NCBI GenBank assembly: GCA_039583695.1
Contig: JAVKSL010000009.1
Span: 118-64,117 of the forward strand
Reading direction: 5' to 3'
DNA length: 64,000 nucleotides
Origin: Acidimicrobiales bacterium
GTDB taxonomy: Bacteria; Actinomycetota; Acidimicrobiia; Acidimicrobiales; JAJPHD01
In this document: in pieces, positions 35,610 through 45,248 of the stretch
Position numbering within the stretch: the first letter of the stretch is position 1
How the letters are laid out: every line of letters begins with the position of its first letter
Made by a program: the position numbers and the translations under genes
Notes under the pieces: generated by a model
What the model saw: the letters and a program-made list of their open reading frames with translations, nothing else
Database searches by the model: none
What the model was told of the DNA's origin: nothing

Positions 35610-36593
35610 CCACGCCAACGCCGCGGGTGTCGAGATTCGCCGGTGGACCTGCAGGAGGCCCCCCTCGAACACCCGGTACTCGGCCCAGCTTCCCGGGAAG
35701 TCCTTGACGCACGCCACCTCGATCCAGGGCAGCGAGCCAGTGGCCGCGAAGTGCCGGACCAGGTTGCGGTGCGTGTGCCCGGCTGCATATGCGACAATGG
35801 CCGGGCGGCGAGCCACCACCTCGACCAGGCGCTCGGAGTCGGTCGGCGCAATGCCGAAGTAGTCGTCGGGGCGTCCGGGCGAGCCCGGGTCCCAGGGCGG
35901 ATGGTGGCCGAGCACCAGCACTGGCTCCGTGGCGTTCCGAGCCACCTCGTCGAGCCAGTCCAGCTGGGCTCCTGACAGGATTCCCCCGGCCCTTCCGGCC
36001 ACGCTGGTGTCGAGGATGGCGAGGGTCAGTCCCGGAACGCTGACAGCCTGGATGGGAGGTCCGAGCAGCGGGTGCTCCGGGTCGACCACGTCGTGGTTTC
36101 CGAGGCAGGTAAACAGGCGATCACCCAGAGCCGGGCGGAAGCACGCCTCGAAGGCAGCCAGCTGGGTAGGCAGACCTGCGGCGGTGAGGTCTCCTTTGGC
36201 TACCACGGCGGCCGGGTCGAGCGCGGCAATCTCCGCGGCGGCGGCGGCGCTCATGGTCTCGGTGTATGGAGCCTCGCCCGGGCCAACCCCGATCCCGGGG
36301 ATGTGGTTGGGACTATCGGCTGGCCCAACGGCGCCACAGACGGTCTCGCCGATGTGGGTGTCGTTGATCGTGCAGACCGTGGCCAGGCGCTCACCCGGAG
36401 GCCGGGGAAGGGTCCGGGCACGCAGGCCGGCGACCTCGACCACCTCATCGGGTGCCAGACCGTCGCGGCGCAGGACCTGGGCAGGGTCGGTCGGTGTGGC
36501 CCGAAGGTGGACCACCACCTCGTCGTCGGCCAGCGTGGTTAGCTCGGGCGTGTGCGCTCCTGTTTGTCGTGGAGACCCGTCGTGGAGACCCAA
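35514..36593 (-). CDS. metallophosphoesterase
   Basis: Calcineurin-like motifs INDTHIG, GDLT, GNHD, GHHPP and GHTHRN. Confidence 0.85.
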   Translation of the reverse strand: MGLHDGSPRQTGAHTPELTTLADDEVVVHLRATPTDPAQVLRRDGLAPDEVVEVAGLRARTLPRPPGERLATVCTINDTHIGETVCGAVGPADSPNHIPGIGVGPGEAPYTETMSAAAAAEIAALDPAAVVAKGDLTAAGLPTQLAAFEACFRPALGDRLFTCLGNHDVVDPEHPLLGPPIQAVSVPGLTLAILDTSVAGRAGGILSGAQLDWLDEVARNATEPVLVLGHHPPWDPGSPGRPDDYFGIAPTDSERLVEVVARRPAIVAYAAGHTHRNLVRHFAATGSLPWIEVACVKDFPGSWAEYRVFEGGLLQVHRRISTPAALAWSERCRGLLQGCYPTYALGTLADRCLPIWPRH

Positions 36594-36711
36594 ACCGAAC
36601 CTACGACGCTGGCGGGCTCGCGAGCAAGTGCTTGGCCTAGCCAGTAGACCTTGCTGTGTTGACTGCTCCCACCGCTAAAGCCGCGGGCTTCCCGCCCCGC
36701 AGCCCATTCCG

Positions 36712-37269
36712 GTGAGCAACCCGAGCCAGCGGCCCACGCCACCTGCGGGAATGCCACGTCGGGGGTTCTGGGTGGGCCCCGTTCCGGTGGAGTGGACCCT
36801 GGCCCTGCGCCAGGCGGTGCTCGGGATTCCCGGCGCTCCCCGACCGCTCGTCCTCCCCGGTGACGACGAGCCGACGACGGTGGCCTTCGCGGCCATCGAC
36901 CCGGCCGGCGAGGTGCTGTCGGTCGTGCGGGTCTCCAGGGAGGCGCCACCCTTTTCGACCGAGGACCTTTGCCTGGCGGGGACACCTTCGCATCGCATCC
37001 GTGGCATGGCAACCCGTCCCGAGGCGCGCAATCGTGGCGTCGGATCGGCGGTGCTCGGCGCGGCCATCGACCATGTCAGCGACCTGGGTGGAGGTTTGCT
37101 CTGGTGCAACGCCCGCATCCCGGCAGTCAGCCTGTACGAGCGGGCTGGGTTCACGACACGCGGCCAGGCCTGGGTCGATCCCATCTACGGCCCGCACATC
37201 GTCATGTGGCGGCAGGTGCCACCCGCTGGAGCGCCACCCGAGCCAGGAGCGCCCGCACCCTGCGCCTAG
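36712..37269 (+). CDS. GNAT-family N-acetyltransferase
   Basis: RIRGMATRPEARNRGVGSAVLGAAIDH is acetyl-CoA binding motif A. Confidence 0.85.
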   Translation: MSNPSQRPTPPAGMPRRGFWVGPVPVEWTLALRQAVLGIPGAPRPLVLPGDDEPTTVAFAAIDPAGEVLSVVRVSREAPPFSTEDLCLAGTPSHRIRGMATRPEARNRGVGSAVLGAAIDHVSDLGGGLLWCNARIPAVSLYERAGFTTRGQAWVDPIYGPHIVMWRQVPPAGAPPEPGAPAPCA

Positions 37270-37431
37270 CCTGGCCGAGCCCAGCCGAATCAGGGTAAGG
37301 GCCTGGCAGAGAACAACCTGGGCGGCGGGCACAACTATAGCCCTGATGAGGACCGCATTTGGGTGGCTTCGCCGCCCGGGTTGTTCTCGTACAGGCCCTG
37401 ACGCCCGCCGGCCGCGATCCTGCGACCCGGC

Positions 37432-37650
37432 TCACCAAGTGGGAGGGGGCCAGACCAAGGGCACGGTTGCCGCCCAGCTCAGAGCCGGTTCGACCCAAGG
37501 GCGCCCGGAGAAGCGCCATGCCGTAGGCCGGGGAGAGCACGGCTCGACACGGGGCACATCTGGACGGGGCCAGCACGCCTCGACCGCGGCCACGATGGCT
37601 GCCAGCGCTCCAGGGTCCGGGGAGCCCGCCTCAGAGGGGTAGGTTGCCAT
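37432..37650 (-). CDS. acyl-CoA carboxylase epsilon subunit (AccE-like)
   Basis: ORF 37432..37674 trimmed to ATG 37650. ...PGALAAIVAAVEACWPRP...PTAWRFSGRPW resembles actinobacterial epsilon subunits. Lies directly downstream of the beta subunit. Confidence 0.5.
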   Translation of the reverse strand: MATYPSEAGSPDPGALAAIVAAVEACWPRPDVPRVEPCSPRPTAWRFSGRPWVEPALSWAATVPLVWPPPTW

Positions 37651-39190
37651 GCTTGCGCTTGGGCAGCTCGGCACGCTTGGAGGCCAGCATCGCCAGGCTG
37701 CGGATCAGGACCCGGCGGGTTTCGGCGGGTTCGATGACGTCGTCTATGTAGCCCCGCTCAGCCGCCACGTAGGGATTGGCGTACCGGGCGGCGTAGTCCT
37801 CCACCAGCTCGGCCCGGCGCTTGGCCGAATCACCGGCCTGGGCCAGCTCGCGGCGATTCACTATCTCCACCGCGCCCTGGGGACCCATGACCGCCAGCTC
37901 GGCCGAGGGCCACGCATATGCCAGGTCTGCGCCGATCGACTTGGAGCTCATGACGACGTAGGCGCCACCGTATGCCTTGCGGGTGACCACCTGGATCATC
38001 GGCACGCTCGCCTCGCAAAACGCATAGAGCAGCTTTGCCCCGTGGCGGATGATGCCGCCATGCTCCTGGCCCGTGCCCGGCATGAAACCGGGGACGTCGA
38101 CGAAGGTGACGATCGGGATCCCGAACGCGTCGCACGTGCGCACGAAGCGAGCGCCCTTCTCCGAGCTGTCGATGTCGAGGACCCCGGCCAGCACGGCGGG
38201 CTGGTTGGCCACGATCCCCACCACCCGCCCGTCGAGGCGGGCAAAGGCGCAGATGAGGTTGCGGGCCCAGTGGGCGAAGTACTCAACGTAGGTGCCCTCG
38301 TCAAGGACCGAGGTGATCACCGAATGCATGTCGTAGGGCTGGTTGGGGCTGGCTGGCATGAGCTCGGCCAGTTCGGGGGTGGCCCGGGTCGGGTCGTCAC
38401 ACGGCTCGACGACAGGTGGCGACTCCAGGTTGTTGGCCGGCAGGTAGGACAGCAGCCGGCGCACGTCGTCCAGGCACGCCTTCTCGTCGGGGGCCACGAA
38501 GGTGGCGACACCGGACTTGGTGGCGTGGCTCATCGCCCCGCCCAGCGCCTCGAGGCTCACGTCCTCCCCGGTGACCGTCTTGACCACGTCAGGGCCGGTG
38601 ATGAACATGTGCGAGGTCTGCGCGACCATGAAGATGAAGTCGGTCATCGCCGGGCTGTAAACCGCGCCCCCAGCACAGGCGCCCAGGATGACCGAGATCT
38701 GAGGGATGACTCCGGACGAGGCAGCATTCCTGCGGAATATGCCTCCGTAGTAATGCAGCCCCACCACCCCCTCCTGGACCCGCGCGCCTCCGCCGTCGTT
38801 CAGCCCGATCAGCGGGACCCCCACCGAGGCAGCCAGGTCCATGACCTTGTGGATCTTCTCGCCGGATACCTCCCCGAGCGAGCCCCCCATCACCGTGGGG
38901 TCCTGGCTGAACACGCACACCTGGCGGCCGTCGATGGTGCCGAAGCCGGTGACCACCCCGTCGGTGTAGGGCCGGGAGTCCTCCATGCCCATCCCCTGCG
39001 AGCGGTGACGGGCCAGCATGTCCAGCTCCTGGAACGAGCCTTTGTCCAGCAGGTGCTCCAGGCGTTCCCGGGCTGTCATCTTGCCCCTGGAGCGCTGCCG
39101 CTCGATGGCCCGCGGCGAGCCCGCCTGCAGCGCCTCGGTCCGGCGGGCGGCCAGATCGGCCAGGCGAGCGCTCATCGGGTTGTCGGGCAT
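37631..39190 (-). CDS. acyl-CoA carboxylase carboxyltransferase (beta) subunit (PccB/AccD5-like)
   Basis: 519-aa carboxyl_trans domain: GKMTARERL..LLD.GSF.E, GGSLG, GGARVQEG, VGIVANQP.... Confidence 0.92.
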   Translation of the reverse strand: MPDNPMSARLADLAARRTEALQAGSPRAIERQRSRGKMTARERLEHLLDKGSFQELDMLARHRSQGMGMEDSRPYTDGVVTGFGTIDGRQVCVFSQDPTVMGGSLGEVSGEKIHKVMDLAASVGVPLIGLNDGGGARVQEGVVGLHYYGGIFRRNAASSGVIPQISVILGACAGGAVYSPAMTDFIFMVAQTSHMFITGPDVVKTVTGEDVSLEALGGAMSHATKSGVATFVAPDEKACLDDVRRLLSYLPANNLESPPVVEPCDDPTRATPELAELMPASPNQPYDMHSVITSVLDEGTYVEYFAHWARNLICAFARLDGRVVGIVANQPAVLAGVLDIDSSEKGARFVRTCDAFGIPIVTFVDVPGFMPGTGQEHGGIIRHGAKLLYAFCEASVPMIQVVTRKAYGGAYVVMSSKSIGADLAYAWPSAELAVMGPQGAVEIVNRRELAQAGDSAKRRAELVEDYAARYANPYVAAERGYIDDVIEPAETRRVLIRSLAMLASKRAELPKRKHGNLPL

Positions 39191-39440
39191 AGGTTGATCA
39201 GGCTACCGAACGCGGTGCCCAGCTGAGTCCAGGTTCTCGTGCGCTCCGCTGCGGTCCGTCCTACCGCCGTTGACCCGTGTGCTCGACGGCGCCGCCCTTG
39301 TCTCGCTGGAACGCAACGAGCGGGCAATGTGGGTAAGGCTGAAGGCATGTGAGCTGGTTCCCCGAGCGCGTCGGTAGGGTCGCAAGCGGATGGTGCGTGG
39401 GCACAAGAGCGCGCCAGCGCCGACTCAATTTCTCAAATTC

Positions 39441-40448
39441 TCAGATCCCGGTTCTCTCGGCTCGGGGTTGGGCCGGGTCGTAGCGATACGGCATCAGGGC
39501 GCCGGGGGGGATCGTGCCCAGGCGACCGGCCTGGAAGTCCTCGAACGCAGTGGCCAGCTGGGCCCGGGTATTCATGACGAACGGACCGTACATCTCCACC
39601 GGCTCGCGGATCGGTCGACCGCCTAGCACCAGGGCATCCAGGCTCTCGGAGGCTTGCAGGGCCAGCCAGTCGCCCGCGCCGAGCACGGCCAGCTGCCCGG
39701 AGCTCAGCACAACGCCCGCGCTGCCCATCGCTCCAGCGCCCGCCAGGATGTAGACCAGCGCGTTGAAGCCCGGATTCCAGGGCAGCCGCAGCGCTGCGCC
39801 GGGCGCGAGGGTGGCATGCACCAGCGCCATGGGCGAGTGCGTCGAGCCGGGGCCAGTGTGCCCACCCACGTCCCCCGCGATCACGCGTAGCAGCGCTCCC
39901 CCGTCGGGCGAGGACACCAGGGTCACCTGGTCGGCCTCGATGCCCTGGTAAGCAGGGGGGATCATCTTGTCTTTGGCCGCCAGGTTCACCCACAGCTGGA
40001 TGCCGTGGAACAGCCCGCCGGATACCACCAGGGCCTCAGGCGGGGTCTCGATGTGCAAGATGCCGCCACCTGCGGTCATCCACTGGGTGGCCCCGTCGGT
40101 TATCAGGCCCCCTCCGCCATGGGAGTCCTGGTGGGCGAAGGTACCGTCGATCATGTAGGTCACCGTCTCGAAGCCTCGGTGGGGGTGCCAGGGGGTCCCC
40201 TTGGGCTCGCCCGGGGCGTAGCTCACCGAGCCCATCTGGTCCATGTGGACGAAGGGGTCGAGCCTGGCGAGGGGCACCCCGGCGAAGGCCCGATGCACTG
40301 GGAAGCCCTCGCCCTCGAGACCCGTAGGCGCGGTCGTGACCATCTCAACCGGTCGCTCCAGGCTGTCGGGAGGGGGTGGGTCCAGCCTGGGAAGGGTAAG
40401 GGGGTCAGCTGTGACTGCAGGCATGGTCAGTGAAACGATACGGCACAT
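39441..40448 (-). CDS. pirin-family protein
   Basis: GFPVHRAF..., HPHRGFETVTYMIDGTFAHQDSHGG is the cupin metal site. 335 aa. Confidence 0.88.
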   Translation of the reverse strand: MCRIVSLTMPAVTADPLTLPRLDPPPPDSLERPVEMVTTAPTGLEGEGFPVHRAFAGVPLARLDPFVHMDQMGSVSYAPGEPKGTPWHPHRGFETVTYMIDGTFAHQDSHGGGGLITDGATQWMTAGGGILHIETPPEALVVSGGLFHGIQLWVNLAAKDKMIPPAYQGIEADQVTLVSSPDGGALLRVIAGDVGGHTGPGSTHSPMALVHATLAPGAALRLPWNPGFNALVYILAGAGAMGSAGVVLSSGQLAVLGAGDWLALQASESLDALVLGGRPIREPVEMYGPFVMNTRAQLATAFEDFQAGRLGTIPPGALMPYRYDPAQPRAERTGI

Positions 40449-40496
40449 CTTCTTGTTCCCTGTATCCGGCCCAAATCAGTATATTTCAAACAAAGC

Positions 40497-41103
40497 GGTA
40501 GTATTTGCCCCTTGCGCTCTCAGCGCCGGCGGGTCAGAATGCAGGGGCAGTCAAGGAGCAGGACCCACTTCCCCTTGGTCGACAGCTATTCGGCGCTGGC
40601 AGGTCGCTGGCGCCGGGGACGGAGGTTGGGAACCTGGGCGTGGGCGAGGCCACAGCGGGGAGCTGGCGCTCGCCGCTGGTCAAGATCGAGCGATCGGTCC
40701 AATAGCGGGCGAAGGCGGCCTCGCTGGACATGGCCGCCCCGGGTGGTCCGGACGCCCTCCGGGGCCGAATCGACGAGGAGGTAGCCCGCTGGTCGGCCGA
40801 TCATGCCAGGGGGCTCCGTCCCTTCGACCTCGCCGACCCGGACCTCGTGGCCCTGCGGGTCTATCGCAACCTCGCCGGATATGGCCCGCTGGAGTCGCTT
40901 CTCGAGGATCCCGACGTCTGGGAGATCGCCGTGAACGGCCCCGAGGAAGATCTTCGTCCGGCGGCATACCGGTCGCTCGGGCTACCACGATGAGGCCTTC
41001 CACGACGACGACCACGTCCTGCGCATCCTCACCAAGATCGTCGATGACTCCACGGCCTCGCACCGCAAGCTCGACCCTGCCGAGGGCCTCCAGGACGCCC
41101 AGC
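40497..41103. repeat. diverged direct repeat, copy A (homologous to 58191-58792)
   Basis: Colinear by-eye alignment with the region upstream of and inside cpaF. Both copies end with caggacgcccagc. Confidence 0.85.
40640..41103 (+). pseudogene. cpaF/tadA-like ATPase, 5' fragment with in-frame stop and frameshift
   Basis: ...GEATAGSWRSPLVKIERSVQ*RAKAASLDMAAPGG...DPDVWEIAVNGPEE, then a frameshift, then ...SGYHDEAFHDDDHVLRILTKIVDDSTASHRKLDPAEGLQDAQ. TAG at 40703-40705 where the intact copy has GAG. 1-nt insertion near 40945. Confidence 0.85.
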
Positions 41104-41185
41104 AGTTCTGGCCCACGATCCGCAGCGGATCCCGCTCCGGGCAACAGGGGGCGAACGGCTGGCTGGGCCCTACTTGGGGATCTGC

Positions 41186-41519
41186 GTCGACAGCCAGAAA
41201 CGGGTGGCCCGCAGGCTCGAGAAGCACTCGCCACCGATCCGGTGCCGGCTGTTCGGTGGCTCGCGTCGCTCCGAGGCGAACAGCCTCCGCCTGCGCCTCC
41301 GCCTCGTCGAGGTCATCCACGGCAAGGTCGAGATGCATCTGCTTGGGCGCATCACCGCCAGGCCACGTCGGAGGTTCGTAGCCCTCGACCTGCACAGCGG
41401 CAAGCCATCCCCGGTCGGTCTTCACCGCGACGAACGCGTCGCTCGTGAAGGCAACCGCCCCGCCGAGCAGCTCGGCCCAGAACTCCCCGAGGATGCTCGG
41501 AGACGAGCAGTCAAACGCT
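41186..41519 (-). pseudogene. VOC/glyoxalase-family gene lacking a start codon
   Basis: Hand translation gives ...IAFDCSSPSILGEFWAELLGGAVAFTSDAFVAVKTDRGWLAAVQVEGYEPPTWPGGDAPKQMHLDLAVDDLDEAEAQAEAVRLGAT...RVLLEPAGHPFLAV. No ATG, GTG or TTG upstream before the junction with the sigma fragment. Confidence 0.55.
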
Positions 41520-42276
41520 ATGGACCCGGGCGAAACAGAAGATCGCCGCGGCGAAGGTGCCCTACCGGGTGCCCGAGGACAGCGACCTGCCCGAGCGGCT
41601 CGGCGACGTGCTGACGGTGCTGTTCCTCGTCTTCAACGAGGGCTACCTCGCCACGGGCGACGGCGATCCGGTTCGTGCCGAGCTCACCGACGAGGCCATC
41701 CGACTGACGCGGATCCTGCGCCAGTTGCTCCCCGAGGAGCCGGAGGTCGCCGGCCTGCTCGGACTACTGGTGCTCATCGAGGCACGGCGTGAGGCTCGTG
41801 TGCGCAACGGGCACCTGGTCCCCCTCGACGAGCAGGACCGCGCCGGCTGGGACCTTGCGCTGATCGCCGAGGGCCACGACCTGGTCCGCTGGTGCCTCGC
41901 CATCAACCGACCCGGCCGCTACCAGATCCTCGCCGCGATCAACGCCGTCCACACCGACGCCCCCACGGCGAGCGACACCGACTGGTCGCAGGTGGTCGCG
42001 CTCTACGACCAGCTGACCCGGCTCGATCCCTCACCGATCGTCGCGCTCAACCGCGCGGTCGCGATCGCCGAGCTCGACGGCCCGGGTGTCGCCCTCGCGC
42101 TGGTCGAGCGGCTGCCGCTCTCCGGCTACCACGCATGGCATGCCACTCGTGCCGAGATGCTCCGCAGGCTCGGCCGCAACGCCGAAGCAAGAAAGGCGTA
42201 CGACGCTGCGATCGCCGCCACCCAGAACTCCGCCGAACGCGCCTACCTGAGCACCAAGCGCGGCGAGCTGGGCTGA
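41515..42276 (+). pseudogene. ECF-type sigma factor with C-terminal TPR-like domain (COG4941-like), N-terminal half missing
   Basis: ...RAKQKIAAAKVPYRVPEDSDLPERLGDVLTVLFLVFNEGYLA...INAVHTDAPTASDTDWSQVVALYDQL.... The sigma region 2 and most of region 4 are absent. The reading frame is closed at 41446-41448. Confidence 0.65.
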
Positions 42277-42524
42277 GCTGAGTGGTCCCACGGTTCGGGT
42301 ATCTGGCCGACGGCACTCGTCGTTCACACCGATGACGCTGTCCCAGTCCGCCAAGTAGCTGGACCGGGTCGCAGCGCTCGCGACCATCTCGCTACGGCAC
42401 GAACGATAGTTCGGTCACCGTTGACCCAAAGGTGGTTGCTCGTACGAGGCGGTCGGTGTACCGGCGACGAGTCCGATAATTGGCACCCGGTTTCTTCTGA
42501 CCGGCTCGCCTACGTAGAGTCAGC

Positions 42525-43073
42525 ATGGTGGGGTCCCCGCAGACGCTGAGTGAAACCGACCGACGTCGTGTCGCTGCATGGGCCGCTGACTGTGCCCAGC
42601 GGGTTCTCGGGCTGTTCGAGGTTGAGGCGCCAGATGATGGTCGCCCTCGGGCTCTCATCGCCCGGACCCGCGCGTTCGCCCAAGGAGAGCTGAACACGGC
42701 GGAGGAGATCCGCCGTCGGTTTGTCGGTGGCGTCGGTGCTGGTGATGTGAAGTCTCTCGCCGCAGCGGCCGCTGCCCGAGCCGCCGGACAGGCCGTCGCC
42801 ATCTGCCATATGGGCGCGCATGCACTGGGGGCCGCCGCTTATGCCGCCAAGGCTGCCAGCCTTGGGGACCCGAACCGGCCAGAAGCCGTCGAAGACGAGG
42901 TCCGCTGGCAGCTCGACCACATGTCTGCGGAGGTTCGCGCCGCTCTGCGAACCCTTCCGCCTATCGGTCAGAACTCGTCGGGTCCCCTTGGGCCAGGGCT
43001 TCTCGCATCGGGCCAACTCGGCATGATCGTCCGCCACCTCCAAGCGGGTCTCAGCCAGCTCGAACAAAACTGA
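42525..43073 (+). CDS. conserved hypothetical alpha-helical protein (recalls putative immunity-protein, Imm5-like family)
   Basis: 182-aa ORF: LSETDRRRVAAWAADCAQRVLGLFE...DGRPRALIARTRAFAQGEL...AAAAARAAGQAV.... The family assignment is from memory only. Confidence 0.55.
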   Translation: MVGSPQTLSETDRRRVAAWAADCAQRVLGLFEVEAPDDGRPRALIARTRAFAQGELNTAEEIRRRFVGGVGAGDVKSLAAAAAARAAGQAVAICHMGAHALGAAAYAAKAASLGDPNRPEAVEDEVRWQLDHMSAEVRAALRTLPPIGQNSSGPLGPGLLASGQLGMIVRHLQAGLSQLEQN

Positions 43074-43212
43074 CCCGAGGTCCCAGAACCGGGGTGTCGA
43101 GCGACACGCTCGATGAACATCGACGAGGTGTCTTCCGGAAGTGGTGGTGTCGAACACCTCGACGCCCACCACGCTCGGGTCGGCCCGCACTGCGATCCGG
43201 CTACGAGCGCGC

Positions 43213-43746
43213 TCATCGTGTTGGCCACCAGCCGTGCTGCCCCGGGTAGGGGCCTGGACGACCGCGACTCCTCTCTCCGTGGCGGCAGGATTCAGGGGAC
43301 GGAGGGTGCCCAGAGCTCGCTGGCGTCGCCAGCGGCGAGGCAGTCGCGATAAGCGCTGATCTTGTAGTGTAGTCGATGAGCTTGAGGTTCTCTTCGATCT
43401 TGTCAAGCTTGGCTTTGACGAGGGCGCGGTGGGACTCCATGAGGGCGCGTCGTTCGTCTTCGTTCCCACTCCCGACGGCGACGAGCGCGGCGTAGCGCCG
43501 GATCGTCCTTATGGGCATGCCGGTGGTGCGTAGCCTCGTGCAGATCTCGATCCATTCGAGGTGCGCCTCGTGGTAGCGGCGCCGACCGGCGTGGTTGCGT
43601 TCCACTGTGGTCACGATCAAGCCGGCCCGCTCGTAGTAGCACAGGGTGTGGACGCTGACTCCGCTGCGGGCCGCCGCCTCACCGATGGTCAGGGCCTCCC
43701 CTGGTTCTGGCCGGGGGAGTGTTTGCGGAGCCTTGACTTCTGGCAC
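43213..43746 (-). CDS. MerR-family transcriptional regulator (3' end altered by a 5-bp duplication)
   Basis: LTIGEAAARSGVSVHTLCYYERAGLI is the MerR HTH. A tandem gtagt-gtagt at 43364-43373 shifts the frame. Without it the ORF would end ...LIDYKISAYRDCLAAGD...VP* at 43292. Confidence 0.8.
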   Translation of the reverse strand: MPEVKAPQTLPRPEPGEALTIGEAAARSGVSVHTLCYYERAGLIVTTVERNHAGRRRYHEAHLEWIEICTRLRTTGMPIRTIRRYAALVAVGSGNEDERRALMESHRALVKAKLDKIEENLKLIDYTTRSALIATASPLATPASSGHPPSPESCRHGERSRGRPGPYPGQHGWWPTR

Positions 43747-44108
43747 GCTCTAAATCGTACGCTTCGCCTCATGGGCATGCCCTGGCTCCCAAGCTCGCTT
43801 CGCCAACGGGACTTCGCGCTGTTCTGGGCGCGTTTCTGGACCCTTCAGGCCTACCGAGCAGCGGACGGCGAGGATGGGCGGCGAAGAACTCGGCGGCCAC
43901 GTCCGGCGTAGAGCTTGAGGTACCGGCCGGCGGTCAGTCCCGGCGATGTTCCCAGCGGAACTAGCGCGCCGCGGCCAGCATCCCGGCGGCGCCACACGCC
44001 GCCATGATCCCCACGTCGCCCCACGCGTAGCCACCGCGGAACGGGAGCACCGACGCCACCTGGGTGAGCAGCAAGTCTCGCTGACCCGTCCCGCCGACAG
44101 GCGGATCG

Positions 44109-44564
44109 CTATCCGGACGCTGGCTCTGACACCCGCGCTGGCAGGTCGAGGAGCCGGCGGAGAGTGCTGTCTCCGACCTTGCTGGCGAAGTGCCGCCCTA
44201 CGGCGTCGACGAAGGCCGGTTGGGCGGCGTCGAACACCTTGCACCCCTCGGGGCTGAGGGTGGCGTAGACGGTCCGTCGGTCGCTCGGGTCGCGCTCGCG
44301 GGCGAGCAGGCCCCGCTCCTCAAGCCGGTCGACGGTCTTGGTCACCGCGCTCTTGGCGACACCGAGCGCCCCAGCGATCTCGACCATCCGCAGCCGCCGC
44401 CCCGCTGCCATAGCCACCTGGCAGAGCACCAGGTTCTCGGCGAGGGTCAGGCCGACCTTGGCCTGCAGGTCCCGGTTGATCAGGACCCGGACCCGATCGA
44501 CGACATCGCAGAGCCCCATCCACGCCTGGAGCCCCTCGGGCCGTTCGTTCGACGCATTGGACAC
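44109..44564 (-). CDS. MarR-family transcriptional regulator
   Basis: 151-aa winged helix: ...LRMVEIAGALGVAKSAVTKTVDRLEERGLLARERDPSDRRTVYATLSPEG. Confidence 0.88.
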   Translation of the reverse strand: MSNASNERPEGLQAWMGLCDVVDRVRVLINRDLQAKVGLTLAENLVLCQVAMAAGRRLRMVEIAGALGVAKSAVTKTVDRLEERGLLARERDPSDRRTVYATLSPEGCKVFDAAQPAFVDAVGRHFASKVGDSTLRRLLDLPARVSEPASG

Positions 44565-44841
44565 GACTCCCAGCCTACCTCATGGGTTGACAGGAGAACG
44601 ATTTTCCCTATAGTGTATGCTAGATAACCATCGTCTGGAGAACGGAGTGTGAGATGGATGCAGACCACACAGCGCCCTGGAGGCCGCTTGAGCGGGCAGG
44701 ACGCGCCGCTGCCCGATACCAGGCGAGGCGGGATGAGATCGAGCCGCTCATCGCACTCCTGGTCGACATCGCCGTTCTCGGTGCCTTGCTGGCCAGATGC
44801 GGCCCCACCCGCGGGCCGCAAACCCCGGTGGGGTGCTAAAG

Positions 44842-45213
44842 ATGAGCGTGTTCTCTCCAGCCGAGCTCGCCTACCTGGCCGAGCGCCGCCTCGGTCGCCT
44901 CGCCACCATCGACCGGGGCGGCCGGCCACACGTGGTGCCCCTCGGCTGGTCCTACAACCCGGACCTCGACACCATCGACGTCGGAGGGCGGGACTTCTCC
45001 CGGACCAAGAAGTTCCGTAACGCCCGGGCCAACCCCAAGGTCACCCTGGTGATCGATGACGTCCTGCCTCCCTGGCGGCCACGGGCGGTCATGGTCCGCG
45101 GGGACGCCGAGACCCTCGATGCGGCCACCGGCCACGGCGGCGAGGTGCTCGGGCCGATCATCCGCATCCACCCCGTTGAGGTCCTGAGCTGGGGCCTCGA
45201 CGCCGGCTCCTAG
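44842..45213 (+). CDS. PPOX-class (F420-dependent type) oxidoreductase
   Basis: ORF 44797..45213 trimmed to ATG 44842: MSVFSPAELAYLAERRLGRLATIDRGGRPHVVPLGWSYN...KFRNARANPKVTLVIDD. Confidence 0.85.
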   Translation: MSVFSPAELAYLAERRLGRLATIDRGGRPHVVPLGWSYNPDLDTIDVGGRDFSRTKKFRNARANPKVTLVIDDVLPPWRPRAVMVRGDAETLDAATGHGGEVLGPIIRIHPVEVLSWGLDAGS

Positions 45214-45248
45214 ACCCAAACCCGCTCCTCACCACAAAAGGAGCTTCC

